Assembly (NCBI GenBank): GCA_037441905.1
Contig: JBBIRF010000003.1
Location: 39,690 to 103,689, forward strand
Length of the DNA stretch: 64,000 nt
Origin: Candidatus Aminicenantes bacterium
GTDB lineage: Bacteria > Acidobacteriota > Aminicenantia > Aminicenantales > CALLJL01
Reading direction: 5' to 3'
Of this stretch, positions 55,153 through 64,000 are shown in pieces. The position numbers and the translations under genes are program-made. Every line of letters starts with the position of its first letter. Position 1 is the first letter of the stretch. The notes under the pieces were generated by a model that saw only the letters and a list, made by a program, of their open reading frames with translations, did no database searches and was not told the origin of the DNA.

Positions 55153-55990
55153 TTTTGGCGAGTAAGCGGCTCAAGCTCTGGAAAATAACCTCGGGCTTAT
55201 CATCCCGCAGGAATGACCAGGTGCGACGAGCCCGGTTGAGCTCGTCAAAGTCAAGGTCGACAACGAGGAAAGCCTCCTCAAGGTCAGGCGCCCTTTTGAC
55301 CAGCGTGCCCCAGGGGTCGAAAGCGAAAGAACCGCCGGCGAAAGCCACCCCGTCTTCGAAGCCAACGCGGTTGCAATAAATCACGAAGGCGGTGGAGAAA
55401 CGCGAGATTGCTTTCGCCATCAGCTCCCACATCTCGCTGGAGGCAAAACCGACTTGTTCAGACATGCCGCGGCCGGGAGCAGCGCTGATAACGATAATCA
55501 GGTCAGCCTTGTCAGCCATTAAGAGATAGCTGGCCCCGTAGTGGAGAAAATCCCGGCAGATAAGCAGGCCAACCCGACCGAATGAGGCGGGAAAAACCTG
55601 GAAGGCCCGGCCAGTAGCAAAAAACTTTCCTTCTTCAAACAGGCCGAAGGTCGGCAGAAAAACTTTCCGATGGACATGGAGGATTTTCCCGTCGGCAAAA
55701 TAAACCGCGCTGTTGTAAAAAAGTCCTTTCTCCTTTTCTTCAACCAGCCCGCAGACAACATCAATTTTTTTACTCAGCTTCTTTATATCTTCAAGCCGAG
55801 GGTCGCGACCGGGGTTTAAAGCCACTTCGGCCACCAGGTCCTTCAGGGTGTAGCCGGTTAAACTGAGCTCGGGGAAAACAATCAGCCGGGCTTCAGCCTT
55901 AATTGCTTTTTCGATATAAGCCTGATGGGCTTCGAGGTTTTGCTCGACCAGCCCTAACCGGGGGGCGAATTGAACTAAGGCGCATTTCAT
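55142..55990 (-). CDS. Carbon-nitrogen hydrolase (nitrilase superfamily), likely glutaminase partner of NadE
   Basis: FPEL..E, K, C (CRD) catalytic triad context; adjacent to nadE. Confidence 0.7.
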   Translation of the reverse strand: MKCALVQFAPRLGLVEQNLEAHQAYIEKAIKAEARLIVFPELSLTGYTLKDLVAEVALNPGRDPRLEDIKKLSKKIDVVCGLVEEKEKGLFYNSAVYFADGKILHVHRKVFLPTFGLFEEGKFFATGRAFQVFPASFGRVGLLICRDFLHYGASYLLMADKADLIIVISAAPGRGMSEQVGFASSEMWELMAKAISRFSTAFVIYCNRVGFEDGVAFAGGSFAFDPWGTLVKRAPDLEEAFLVVDLDFDELNRARRTWSFLRDDKPEVIFQSLSRLLAKNED

Positions 55991-56088
55991 GGTAAATAAC
56001 TTATCATAATCTGCCCGGAAAAAAAAGCTTCGACTGGAGGGGGAGTTGCTAAATATGAATAATTATTTTATAAAATGTAGGTGGTGGG

Positions 56089-57501
56089 ATGGACCATATA
56101 GGGCTTCACCTGCGGAAAATTTACTTTAACCGGCTTTCGGGAGAGCTGGCGGTTGTCTTTGGCCGGATTGAAAAACACCTGTATTTCGATAAAGGTGACC
56201 TGATTTTTGCCAAGACCAATCAACCCGGCGAGAGGCTGGGGGAAATTTTGTTTAAATTAGGAAAGATTTCCGAGAGCACCTTCTTAAAAATTGAGAGCTA
56301 CATCGAGCCCCAGCAGAACATCGGGAAAATTCTCCTCCGCCGCGGTTTATTATCAGAAAGGAACCTCAAAGAAAGCTTGATATACCAGATGAAAGAGATA
56401 ACCCTGAACCTCTTTAACATTTTTGAGGCCGCGAGCAATTTTGCCGAGAAGAAAACGGTCGTGAGTCCGGTTGCCGAGGAAACCAGAATCGCCACCCCGC
56501 AGCTGATTGAGGACGGGGTCAGGTTGATGAAGCTCCATCCTAAGTTGAGTGCTTTCTTGGAAGACAAAATTCCCTATATTAAAAGTAAATCTTTTCTCCA
56601 CGTTTTGACGGAGGAAGAAAGGGATTTATTAACCCGAATTTCCGGCCGGGCCAGCGCCAAAGCCCTGCTGAAAGCGGCCAACATCGAACCGGATTTCTTC
56701 TGGCGGACGCTGTATCTTTTCTATTGCCTTGACCTGGTTGATTTTCAGGGTGAAGCTGAGTCCTGGAAGGCGGAGTCAAAGGAGACAGAGGTTGATTGGG
56801 CCGGCGAGCTCAGCGAAGTTCTTGATTTTTACTCTCGACTGGGAGGCCTTAATTATTATGAGATATTGGGGGTAGCTAAAACTGCCTCGGAGGAAGAGAT
56901 AAAAAAAGCTTATTTCCATCTCGCCCGCCGCTACCATCCTGACCGCTTCGGCCGGGAGATGCCAACTGCTTACCGGGACAAAGTTAACCACGTATTCGAC
57001 CAGGTGACCAAAGCCTACCGAACTTTATCCAATGTTGAAGCTCGAAGGGCTTATGACGTAGCGCTCGCGGCCGAAGGCAAAGTTGATGAAAGAAGTGCCG
57101 CGGCCCAGGCTGAGCACAGGTTCCGGCAGGGAAGGACGCTTTTCAACCAGGGGCGGTATGAGGAGGCCGTGATTTATCTCGAGGAGTGTGTCCGTTTGAA
57201 CCGTCATAAAGCCGATTACCTGTTGCTTTTAGCCATGGCCGAGGCCAAGATTCCAGCTCTCAAACGGAAGGCCGAGCTTGATTTCCTCCGAGTTCAAGAA
57301 TTCGAGCCGTGGAATGCCGAGGGATATGTTGGCTTAGGGCTTCTTTACAAGCAAGAAGGGCTGGCCGTGAAGGCCTCCCGCCAGTTCGAGAAAGCCCTCC
57401 AGGTTGACCCCGAGCACAAGATGGCCCGGCAGGAGCTCGAGGCTCTTAGCGGCAAATCAAAAGGAACCAAAAGCATTTTCTCTTTTTTCAAGAAAAAATA
57501 A
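56089..57501 (+). CDS. DnaJ (J-domain) protein with TPR repeats and ~230-aa N-terminal domain of unknown function
   Basis: J-domain YYEILGVAKTASEEEIKKAYFHLARRYHPDRF; C-terminal TPR-like repeats. Confidence 0.7.
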   Translation: MDHIGLHLRKIYFNRLSGELAVVFGRIEKHLYFDKGDLIFAKTNQPGERLGEILFKLGKISESTFLKIESYIEPQQNIGKILLRRGLLSERNLKESLIYQMKEITLNLFNIFEAASNFAEKKTVVSPVAEETRIATPQLIEDGVRLMKLHPKLSAFLEDKIPYIKSKSFLHVLTEEERDLLTRISGRASAKALLKAANIEPDFFWRTLYLFYCLDLVDFQGEAESWKAESKETEVDWAGELSEVLDFYSRLGGLNYYEILGVAKTASEEEIKKAYFHLARRYHPDRFGREMPTAYRDKVNHVFDQVTKAYRTLSNVEARRAYDVALAAEGKVDERSAAAQAEHRFRQGRTLFNQGRYEEAVIYLEECVRLNRHKADYLLLLAMAEAKIPALKRKAELDFLRVQEFEPWNAEGYVGLGLLYKQEGLAVKASRQFEKALQVDPEHKMARQELEALSGKSKGTKSIFSFFKKK

Positions 57502-57530
57502 ATGAAGAAATAACTTGAGGAAAGAATAGT

Positions 57531-58733
57531 TTATTTTATTCCGAGCTTTTTTCTGGTTTCTTCAACTAATTTGTTAAACTGAGCAATCGCGGTATTCTGT
57601 TCAGCTTGTAACTTTTCGATTGATTTTTTAACTTCATCAATCTGGGCAAGAAGCGTTTTCATTTCTTTCTTTTCAGCCTCGCTCAGGTCTTCTTCGTCCT
57701 TATTCCCGAACTTGGAATTATAGGTATTGGTTAAATCTTCAATCTTTTTTCCGAGCTCCTGGAGTTTCTGAACGGTTTCATTATATTTTAAACTAGGGTT
57801 GGCGGTGAAAAAGAGACTTTCGGCCATGCTCATAGCCTGTTGAGCCTGGGCCGGATAAGTTGAGCTGGCTTCGATCAAATAGGTGACTGCCTCCATTACC
57901 AGGGCCGGGTTAGTTTGAGCCTGTTTGGCCAGAATCAAACCGATATTGTAGGCAATTTCGCCATTTCGTTGTTTGGCGTATGCTTCTTTGAAAAGCTTTA
58001 AAGCCTCCTCATTCCGGCCATTCCGGTAAAGACACTTGGCCAGGAAAACCGTGCTTTCAAAATCCTTCGTCAGGTTATAAATCGACCGGCCGACTTTCTC
58101 GGCTTCGGCATAATGCTTATTATCGTATTGAGTCTTGGCGAGTTTTTTCAAAGTCTGGATGATCTGAGGGTTTTTGAGCAGGTTGTAAGAAGCCACATAA
58201 GAATCAACGGCCGCGCTTATTTCTCTATTTTTTTCTTGAGCCTGACCGAGGGCAAAATAACCGGCGCCGATAATTTTGTTCCACTCGGCGCCCGACTCGG
58301 TCGCTGATTCTTTGTCTTTATTAGTCTTGCCTATCTCAATCGCCTGGCTGGCGCAAGTTTTAGCCCGGTCGAGGTTCTGACCGAGCTTGCTGTATAGACC
58401 TGAGAGGACTAATAAAACCTGGGTCTTAGTCAGGTCATCCAGCCCGCCCGCAGCCAGGGCTTTTTCGCCGTAATCCAGGGTTTCTTTTTCAGTTTTTCCG
58501 GGATAGGCTAAGAGGCAAAGGTTAGCGTAAGCAAAATTTTCGTATTTTGTCCCTTTCCCTGCGTACTTAGCAATGTAATCTTTTAAAAGTTGCGCCCGCT
58601 GGGCCGGAGATTGAGCCGTCATCGCTTTAATGTAAGCTTCATCCGCCTCTGTCGTCTGGCCGGCAATCGAAAGCGGGCTAAGAAATAGGAGGAAAAGGGT
58701 AACAGCCAGAATCAGGGTTGTCTTCATTTCCAT
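57531..58733 (-). CDS. Secreted TPR-repeat protein with C-terminal coiled-coil
   Basis: Signal peptide, TPR-like 34-residue periodicity, coiled-coil tail. Confidence 0.55.
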   Translation of the reverse strand: MEMKTTLILAVTLFLLFLSPLSIAGQTTEADEAYIKAMTAQSPAQRAQLLKDYIAKYAGKGTKYENFAYANLCLLAYPGKTEKETLDYGEKALAAGGLDDLTKTQVLLVLSGLYSKLGQNLDRAKTCASQAIEIGKTNKDKESATESGAEWNKIIGAGYFALGQAQEKNREISAAVDSYVASYNLLKNPQIIQTLKKLAKTQYDNKHYAEAEKVGRSIYNLTKDFESTVFLAKCLYRNGRNEEALKLFKEAYAKQRNGEIAYNIGLILAKQAQTNPALVMEAVTYLIEASSTYPAQAQQAMSMAESLFFTANPSLKYNETVQKLQELGKKIEDLTNTYNSKFGNKDEEDLSEAEKKEMKTLLAQIDEVKKSIEKLQAEQNTAIAQFNKLVEETRKKLGIK

Positions 58734-58941
58734 ACCTCACAATCAAATTTCCTGAATGATAGCCAGGTTGTTGCCTCTTGTCAACTAAAATACATATCCT
58801 CTTTTTATATAAAAGCACCCATTCTAAAAAGCAATTTTAAATTTTTTCTCCAAATAGATTATACCAGAAACGTGGCTGAAGCCAAAAATGCCCGCTTTTA
58901 TCTTCCTTTTCTTTCCCTTCTCCCTTAAAATAGAGCTACCG

Positions 58942-59886
58942 ATGTCGAGGATACCTCAGGAATTGGCCCAGCTTTTCGAGGCAGCCGTCGGCCGGCGCTG
59001 GAAAGAAGGGGTGTCTCTGAAGGAGTATTCAACCTTCAAAATCGGCGGGGAGGCCGACCTTTTTTTCGAAGCCCGGAGTTTGGAAGACCTCGAGAGAGCG
59101 GCTGATTTTGCCCGAACCCAGGGTATTTCCTTCTATGTTATCGGTGCCGGCAGTAACCTTCTTTTTGCCGACGAAGGGTATCGTGGCCTCATAATCAAGA
59201 ATTCAGCTGAAGGCGTTTCCGTTTCCCATGAGCCGCCCGGGCTGGAAGCGGTTTCAGGGACCATGCTTCGCGAGGTGGTCAGGAAGGCTCAGGATGCGGG
59301 TTTAAGCGGGCTGGAATTCCTGGCGGGGATTCCGGGAACCGTCGGCGGCGCCGTGTGGGGCAATGCCGGAGCTTTTGGGTTGAGTATCGCCGACGCCTTC
59401 CAATCGGGTATTATCTGGGGAAAGGATGGGAGGCAAGAAGTCAACCGAGATTTTTTTTCTTTCGGCTATCGTCACTCGAGCCTCCGGGAGAAAAAAACCC
59501 TGCTTTTTTCAGCCCGTTTTTGTCTGCAAAAAGAGAAAAGGGAGATTATTGCCAAAAGGGTGGCCGAGATTATCGCCCTCCGCCGGGTTAAGCACCCTCC
59601 TGAAAACACGGCCTGTGCCGGAAGCTTTTTTAAGAACGTCGTCATGCCGGACGGTCAGAAAATTGCGGCCGGCTTGCTGCTCGACCAGGCTGGAGTTAAA
59701 GGCCTGAGACGCGGGGATGCCGTCGTTTATTCCGGCCATGCGAACTTTATCCTTAACTTGGGCCGAGCCACGGCGCGGGATGTCCTGGAGCTCGCCCAGG
59801 AAATGAAGCGAAGGGTTAAAGACAAGTTCGGGATAGACCTCGAGGAAGAAGTCGTTTATCTTGAAGCAACCGCTTCAATGCTTTAA
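58942..59886 (+). CDS. murB: UDP-N-acetylenolpyruvoylglucosamine reductase
   Basis: FAD-binding PCMH motifs, start moved to MSRIPQ... (ATG 58942). Confidence 0.8.
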   Translation: MSRIPQELAQLFEAAVGRRWKEGVSLKEYSTFKIGGEADLFFEARSLEDLERAADFARTQGISFYVIGAGSNLLFADEGYRGLIIKNSAEGVSVSHEPPGLEAVSGTMLREVVRKAQDAGLSGLEFLAGIPGTVGGAVWGNAGAFGLSIADAFQSGIIWGKDGRQEVNRDFFSFGYRHSSLREKKTLLFSARFCLQKEKREIIAKRVAEIIALRRVKHPPENTACAGSFFKNVVMPDGQKIAAGLLLDQAGVKGLRRGDAVVYSGHANFILNLGRATARDVLELAQEMKRRVKDKFGIDLEEEVVYLEATASML

Positions 59887-60742
59887 CCTCAGACGAGCTT
59901 AGCCCTGTTTTTTCCACCAACCTGACTGCCTCCAGGCCAAGCTGGCGGTAAATTATCGACGCCCGGGGATACGGTTTCAGGACTTCCAGATGCCGCCTGA
60001 CTGTTTCCACGTCGGCTCGAGCTACCGGTCCAGTTAAAGCTCGAGCCGGGTCGACTGAAACGAGATTGCGGCAAGTTCCGGAAACGAGCGGTCTTAGAGC
60101 GGCCAGAGCCTCCTTTTCCTTCACCCCGGATTCCCGAAGAAGGGAGATGGCCAGGGAAAAAAGCGCCACCAGATGGTTTGAAGCCAGGCTGCAAGCTGCA
60201 TGATACAGAGGTTTCTTGTTTTTTTTAACCGATAGCGGCCTTGCGCCCAGGCGGAGGCTAATTTTTTTGGCCAGGGCCAACGCCCTCCGACCTCCTTCTA
60301 TCCCGATAAAAATATCTTGCCAATGGGAAGGAGGCATTCCTTTTACCGGGAATGACTGGATAGGATGGAAAGAACCAGTTATCGCCCCCTTTTTCTCCAA
60401 AGGCTTCAGGATTTCTGAGTCTATGAGCCCCGACAGATGAAAAACAAACTTTCCCCGCCAGGCAACACGACTATGGGAAAGCCTGTTGACCAACCGGCCG
60501 AGCTGGTCGTCGGGAACACTCAGGAAAATTAGCTCGGCTTTTTCGACGGCTTCTTCGGGTTGGAAGATAATTTTTTTCTTTCCCAGAATGGCTTGACTTT
60601 CTAAGGCCGAATTCTTTCGCCGGCAAGAAATCGCCCGAATCAAGAACCCCTTTTTCTCGAGGGCAAGACCGAGGGAAGTGCCTGCCCGGCCAGCGCCGAT
60701 GATGGCTACAGATTTTATTTCTTGCTCAGCGTTTCTAACCAC
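59816..60742 (-). CDS. Rossmann-fold NAD(P)-binding protein (ProC-like / DUF2520-like)
   Basis: VAIIGAGRAG dinucleotide motif; 71-nt convergent overlap with murB. Confidence 0.45.
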   Translation of the reverse strand: MVRNAEQEIKSVAIIGAGRAGTSLGLALEKKGFLIRAISCRRKNSALESQAILGKKKIIFQPEEAVEKAELIFLSVPDDQLGRLVNRLSHSRVAWRGKFVFHLSGLIDSEILKPLEKKGAITGSFHPIQSFPVKGMPPSHWQDIFIGIEGGRRALALAKKISLRLGARPLSVKKNKKPLYHAACSLASNHLVALFSLAISLLRESGVKEKEALAALRPLVSGTCRNLVSVDPARALTGPVARADVETVRRHLEVLKPYPRASIIYRQLGLEAVRLVEKTGLSSSEVKALKRLLQDKRLLPRGLSRTCL

Positions 60743-61191
60743 AGCTCTGTTTCCAGAGGCGAAGTTCGAAAACCCGGTTTCTTGAGCTCCGCTTCCTTTT
60801 TTCTTTCCCTGGCCACTTTTTTCAACTGGCGGTCAAATTCGGGGGAACTCAGAGTCTTCACTCCCATGGCCTTTGCCTTCAACCGCAGGTCGCGGTCTGA
60901 AGTGACTAAAATAATCGTGCGCGGCTGCCGGTTTTGGTTGATGACCCGGGTGATTACGTCGTCAGCCCTCTGCCCCTCCTCCGGAAAAAGAACCTGGAAT
61001 TTTTTCCATCGGCTGCATTCGGCAGACAGGCCAGGGTCTGCCGGGCCGTCGAAGACCACCCACACCCGGGCTCTTGTGGCCTGCTGGAAGGTCCAGAGCC
61101 GGCCGAGTAGTTCCAACCGGCTGCGCTTATCTTTCAGACCAAAGCTGCCAGTTTGCCCGATGAGGTTGTTGCCATCGATGAGGTAGGGCAT
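60715..61191 (-). CDS. NYN/PIN-like domain protein (YacP-like)
   Basis: MPYLIDGNNLIG...VFDG pattern. Confidence 0.5.
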   Translation of the reverse strand: MPYLIDGNNLIGQTGSFGLKDKRSRLELLGRLWTFQQATRARVWVVFDGPADPGLSAECSRWKKFQVLFPEEGQRADDVITRVINQNRQPRTIILVTSDRDLRLKAKAMGVKTLSSPEFDRQLKKVARERKKEAELKKPGFRTSPLETELWLETLSKK

Positions 61192-61200
61192 TGAACCCGC

Positions 61201-61854
61201 TTAAAGGCGGTAGGTTTCTCCAGGGCTAAGGATAATGACCTCGGCGAGCGAGCTTACCCGACGCCGCAACTCTTCCGGGTCAGCATTGACTATAGGGAAA
61301 GTGCCATAATGAATCGGGATTACGCGTTTGGTCTGGAGAAATTCTACCGCTTTGGCGGCTGAAGGAACGCCCATGGTGTAGCGGTCGCCGATAGGCAAAA
61401 AGGTCAGGTCCGGAGCGAAGAATTCGCCAATAATTTTCATGTCGTATGTCAACCCCGTATCGCCCGCATGATAAAGCTTTCGTCCGTCCATTTCGACGAC
61501 AACGCCGGCGGCAGCTCCCTTTTCGGCTGAATGAAGGGCGGGAACCATGTGAATTTTGACCCCTTTAACCTCGACTGTTCCGCCGATGTTCATACCCTCG
61601 GCCGGGATGCCGAGCCCTTGTGCTTCCACGGCTATCTCATGGATGGCCACGACCGTAGCCCCCGTCTTCTGAGCTATGTGGAAAGCATCGCCTTTATGGT
61701 CTCCGTGGTCGTGCGTTACGATAATGATGTCAGCCTTCTTGATTTCCTCGGGTTTGACGGCTGCAGCCGGGTTACCTGTAAGAAAAGGGTCGATAATCAC
61801 AGTCTTGGTGCCTTCAATCTTGACAGCCGCGTGGCCAAGCCAGGTTATTTCCAT
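61201..61854 (-). CDS. MBL-fold metal-dependent hydrolase (UPF0173-like)
   Basis: THDHGDH motif. Confidence 0.75.
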   Translation of the reverse strand: MEITWLGHAAVKIEGTKTVIIDPFLTGNPAAAVKPEEIKKADIIIVTHDHGDHKGDAFHIAQKTGATVVAIHEIAVEAQGLGIPAEGMNIGGTVEVKGVKIHMVPALHSAEKGAAAGVVVEMDGRKLYHAGDTGLTYDMKIIGEFFAPDLTFLPIGDRYTMGVPSAAKAVEFLQTKRVIPIHYGTFPIVNADPEELRRRVSSLAEVIILSPGETYRL

Positions 61855-61884
61855 GTTCGCCTCCCTTTTTATAGATTACCAGCC

Positions 61885-62232
61885 CTATCCTGGAGGCCAG
61901 GAAAGACGACGGCCGCCGAGCAGATGAACATGCAGATGGAAAACGGCCTGCCCGGAATCGGGGCCGGTGTTGATTACTATCCGGTAGCCGGTACGGGCCA
62001 GCCCTTTTTCCTGACCTATTTTTGTCGCCACCCGAAGCATGTGTCCGAGGAGGCTTTCCTTCCCGGCCGGCACCTCGTTAAGAGAAGTAAAATGTTCCTT
62101 AGGAATCACCAGAATATGAACAGGAGCCTTTGGGTTTATGTCTTTAAACCCCAGAACCTCCTCATCTTCATAAACCACTTCAACCGGGAGTTTGCGGTCG
62201 CGCAAGCGGCAAAAAAGGCAAGCCTCGCTCAT
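61885..62232 (-). CDS. HIT-family (histidine triad) protein
   Basis: HLHVHLLGG HIT motif. Confidence 0.85.
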   Translation of the reverse strand: MSEACLFCRLRDRKLPVEVVYEDEEVLGFKDINPKAPVHILVIPKEHFTSLNEVPAGKESLLGHMLRVATKIGQEKGLARTGYRIVINTGPDSGQAVFHLHVHLLGGRRLSWPPG

Positions 62233-63509
62233 TTGCCCCTGATTTTTTCTCCCGCGATTCTTTCGATGGCCGCTCCCAGGAGTTTTAGTTTTGCCTCGAT
62301 GCCTTCATACCCGCGGTCGAGATGTTCGACTTCATTAATAATAGTTTCGCCCTGGGCGATTAGCCCCGCCAGGACCAGGCAAGCCGAGGCCCGAAGGTCA
62401 GTGGCCGTGGTTTCTGCTCCAGAAAGGGGCGTCTTCCCCTTGATGATAGCTTTATCCCCGTGGACTTCGATATTGGCTCCGAGACGGAGCAATTCGTTGA
62501 CGTGGAGAAAACGGCGGTCGAAGATGGTTTCGGTAATGATGGATGTGCCGTTGGCCTGGGTCATCAACACCATGAATTGAGCCTGAATGTCGGTCGGGAA
62601 CCCGGGATAAGGCGAGGTGATGATGTCCTGAGGTCTGATTTCCTCGCTCCCTTGAACTCGCAGGCAATCAGGGGCGATTTTTTCCACTGTCGCCCCGGAA
62701 TAACGGAGTTTCTCGATCGTGGTCGTCAAGTGCTCAGGCCTTACTTGACGCAAGCAGATATCACCCCGGGTAAGAGCCCCGGCGACAAGAAAAGTTCCAG
62801 CTTCTATCCGGTCGGGGATGATGTCGTGGGTCGTTCCGCCTAACTCTTCAACACCCTTAACCCGAATCGTCTCCTCGCCTATGCCGTCGATCTTCGCCCC
62901 CATTTTGACCAGGAGTTCACAGAGATTGCTAACCTCTGGCTCCTGGGCGCAGTTCTTGAGGACTGTTTCTCCCTCGGCTAAGCAGGCCGCCATGACGAGG
63001 TTTTCGGTCCCGCCAACGGTTTTTTTCTCGAATTCAATCGCCGCCCCCCGGAGTTTCTTGGCTTCGGCCTTAATATAGCCATGTTCAAGGGTGATATGAG
63101 CCCCGAGTTTTTCTAACCCGTGAATGTGCAGGTCGATTGGCCGGGAACCGATGGCGCATCCGCCCGGCAGGGCGACGACGGCCCGTCCGTGCCGGGCCAA
63201 CAGGGGTCCAAGGACAAGAATCGACGCCCGCATCGACCGGACTAAATCGTAAGAGGCCTCATGCGAGGTTACCGCTTCGGTCATGATTTCCAGGCTGTTT
63301 CCCTGGAGTTTATATTCCGAACCGAGTTCCGACATCAAAGTAAGGATGGTGAAAACATCTTTGACCAGCGGAATGTTGTTCAGCCGGAGCTTTTCTCGGG
63401 TTAGGAGCGAGGCCGCGATGGCGGGTAAGACGGCGTTCTTGGCGCCGCTGATCTTAACTTCCCCGCGCAATGATTTATCCGGGGCGCCGATTATCCTGAT
63501 CTTTTCCAT
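62229..63509 (-). CDS. murA: UDP-N-acetylglucosamine 1-carboxyvinyltransferase
   Basis: MurA-typical sequence (KISGAKNAVLP, catalytic-loop Cys region LPGGCAIGSRPIDLH). Confidence 0.9.
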   Translation of the reverse strand: MEKIRIIGAPDKSLRGEVKISGAKNAVLPAIAASLLTREKLRLNNIPLVKDVFTILTLMSELGSEYKLQGNSLEIMTEAVTSHEASYDLVRSMRASILVLGPLLARHGRAVVALPGGCAIGSRPIDLHIHGLEKLGAHITLEHGYIKAEAKKLRGAAIEFEKKTVGGTENLVMAACLAEGETVLKNCAQEPEVSNLCELLVKMGAKIDGIGEETIRVKGVEELGGTTHDIIPDRIEAGTFLVAGALTRGDICLRQVRPEHLTTTIEKLRYSGATVEKIAPDCLRVQGSEEIRPQDIITSPYPGFPTDIQAQFMVLMTQANGTSIITETIFDRRFLHVNELLRLGANIEVHGDKAIIKGKTPLSGAETTATDLRASACLVLAGLIAQGETIINEVEHLDRGYEGIEAKLKLLGAAIERIAGEKIRGK

Positions 63510-63704
63510 CTGACTTCATTTTAAACCAGGCTAAACCTGAATTCAAGAAAGCTTCAGGAAGCCACCGGACTAAATTGTCTGCGGAAAATTTACTAATAAT
63601 AAGAGACGAAATCGGGCTGGGGCGATAAGAGGAGCGCTTGTTTCTTCAGCCTGAGAAAACCCCGCCGATTTCTCGCCCGGTTCCTCCCAGGGCGAGGAAA
63701 AGGC

Positions 63705-64000
63705 TCAGATTCCCTTTAGAGCTTGGTCGAGGTCGTTGATTATGTCTGCCGGGTCCTCGGCGCCGACGCACAGCCGGATGAGTTGGGGAGGGATATCAGC
63801 CATCCGCCTGGCTTCTTCTCCCTGCTGCTGGTGCGTCGAGATGGCCGGAATGGTGGCGACACTCTTGAGCCGGCCGAGGTCAGTCGCCCGAAAGATTATT
63901 TTTAGCCTGTCAAAAACCTTCCGGGCATTTTCTGGAGGCCCGTCAACGCGGAAGCTCATCAAATGGCCGTAACGGTTGACCTCTTCGCCCTGGCCGTTGT
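63705..64000 (-). CDS. PLP-dependent Cys/Met-metabolism enzyme (cystathionine lyase/synthase family), 3' end only; 5' end beyond window
   Basis: C-terminal ...IPAISTHQQ...LIRLCVGAEDPADIINDL motif typical of this family; frame open to window edge. Confidence 0.55.
   Translation of the reverse strand, partial: NGQGEEVNRYGHLMSFRVDGPPENARKVFDRLKIIFRATDLGRLKSVATIPAISTHQQQGEEARRMADIPPQLIRLCVGAEDPADIINDLDQALKGI

Noticed and set aside
1-64000. CRISPR arrays, transposases, integrases, phage or toxin-antitoxin/defence genes
   Set aside because: None recognised on either strand. No short regularly spaced direct repeats, no DDE or tyrosine recombinase motifs.

Overview
This 64-kb window comes from an anaerobic bacterium with about 55% GC. 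Its gene content resembles a syntrophic or sulfate-reducing deltaproteobacterium, which is an inference from gene content only. The three blocks below and the systems highlighted after them partition the window.

**Left block (1-7635).** A 5'-truncated OprO/OprP-type phosphate porin is followed by pstSCAB. A convergent ~966-aa gene for a large NAD-glutamate-dehydrogenase-like protein follows.

**Core (7.7-40.7 kb).** This is a dense H2 and electron-bifurcation locus containing:
- two paralogous modules, each with HdrC, HdrB, an N-terminal HdrA fragment, a NuoE-like gene, a NuoF-like gene, and a fusion of a NuoG-like 2Fe-2S/4Fe-4S N-terminus to the C-terminal half of HdrA;
- an Mvh-type [NiFe] hydrogenase (MvhADG) attached to the second module;
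- a group-3b sulfhydrogenase-like [NiFe] hydrogenase (HydB, HydG, small subunit, large subunit);
- hypA, hypB and an endopeptidase;
- a sigma-54 activator with its sensor kinase, a hybrid kinase and two CheY-like receivers;
- a conserved cassette of DRTGG, HATPase, [FeFe]-hydrogenase-like and PHP genes.

**Right block (41-64 kb).** Housekeeping genes:
- gatCA;
- tRNA-Lys, tRNA-Glu and tRNA-Val;
- a response regulator-PAS-HD-GYP gene with a PAS/GAF histidine kinase;
- rplU-rpmA-obg-nadD-rsfS-rlmH, a dksA-like gene and comF;
- hsp20, rsmI, nadE, a nitrilase-family hydrolase, a DnaJ/TPR protein, murB, murA, a HIT protein, an MBL hydrolase, a NYN protein and a 3'-partial PLP enzyme.

**Most interesting.**
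- (a) The split-HdrA / NuoEF / NuoG-HdrA-fusion architecture occurs twice, once coupled to Mvh.
- (b) The group-3b large subunit, its C-terminal extension and a maturation protease form one continuous reading frame broken only by an in-frame TAG and an in-frame TGA. This points to a pseudogene, a sequencing error or recoding.
- (c) Two sigma-54 promoters (upstream of hdrC copy 1 and upstream of hydB) each carry GGGGAA/TTCCCC palindromes about 110-135 bp upstream, which suggests a shared regulon.
- (d) The conserved but functionally uncharacterised hydrogenase-associated regulatory cassette.
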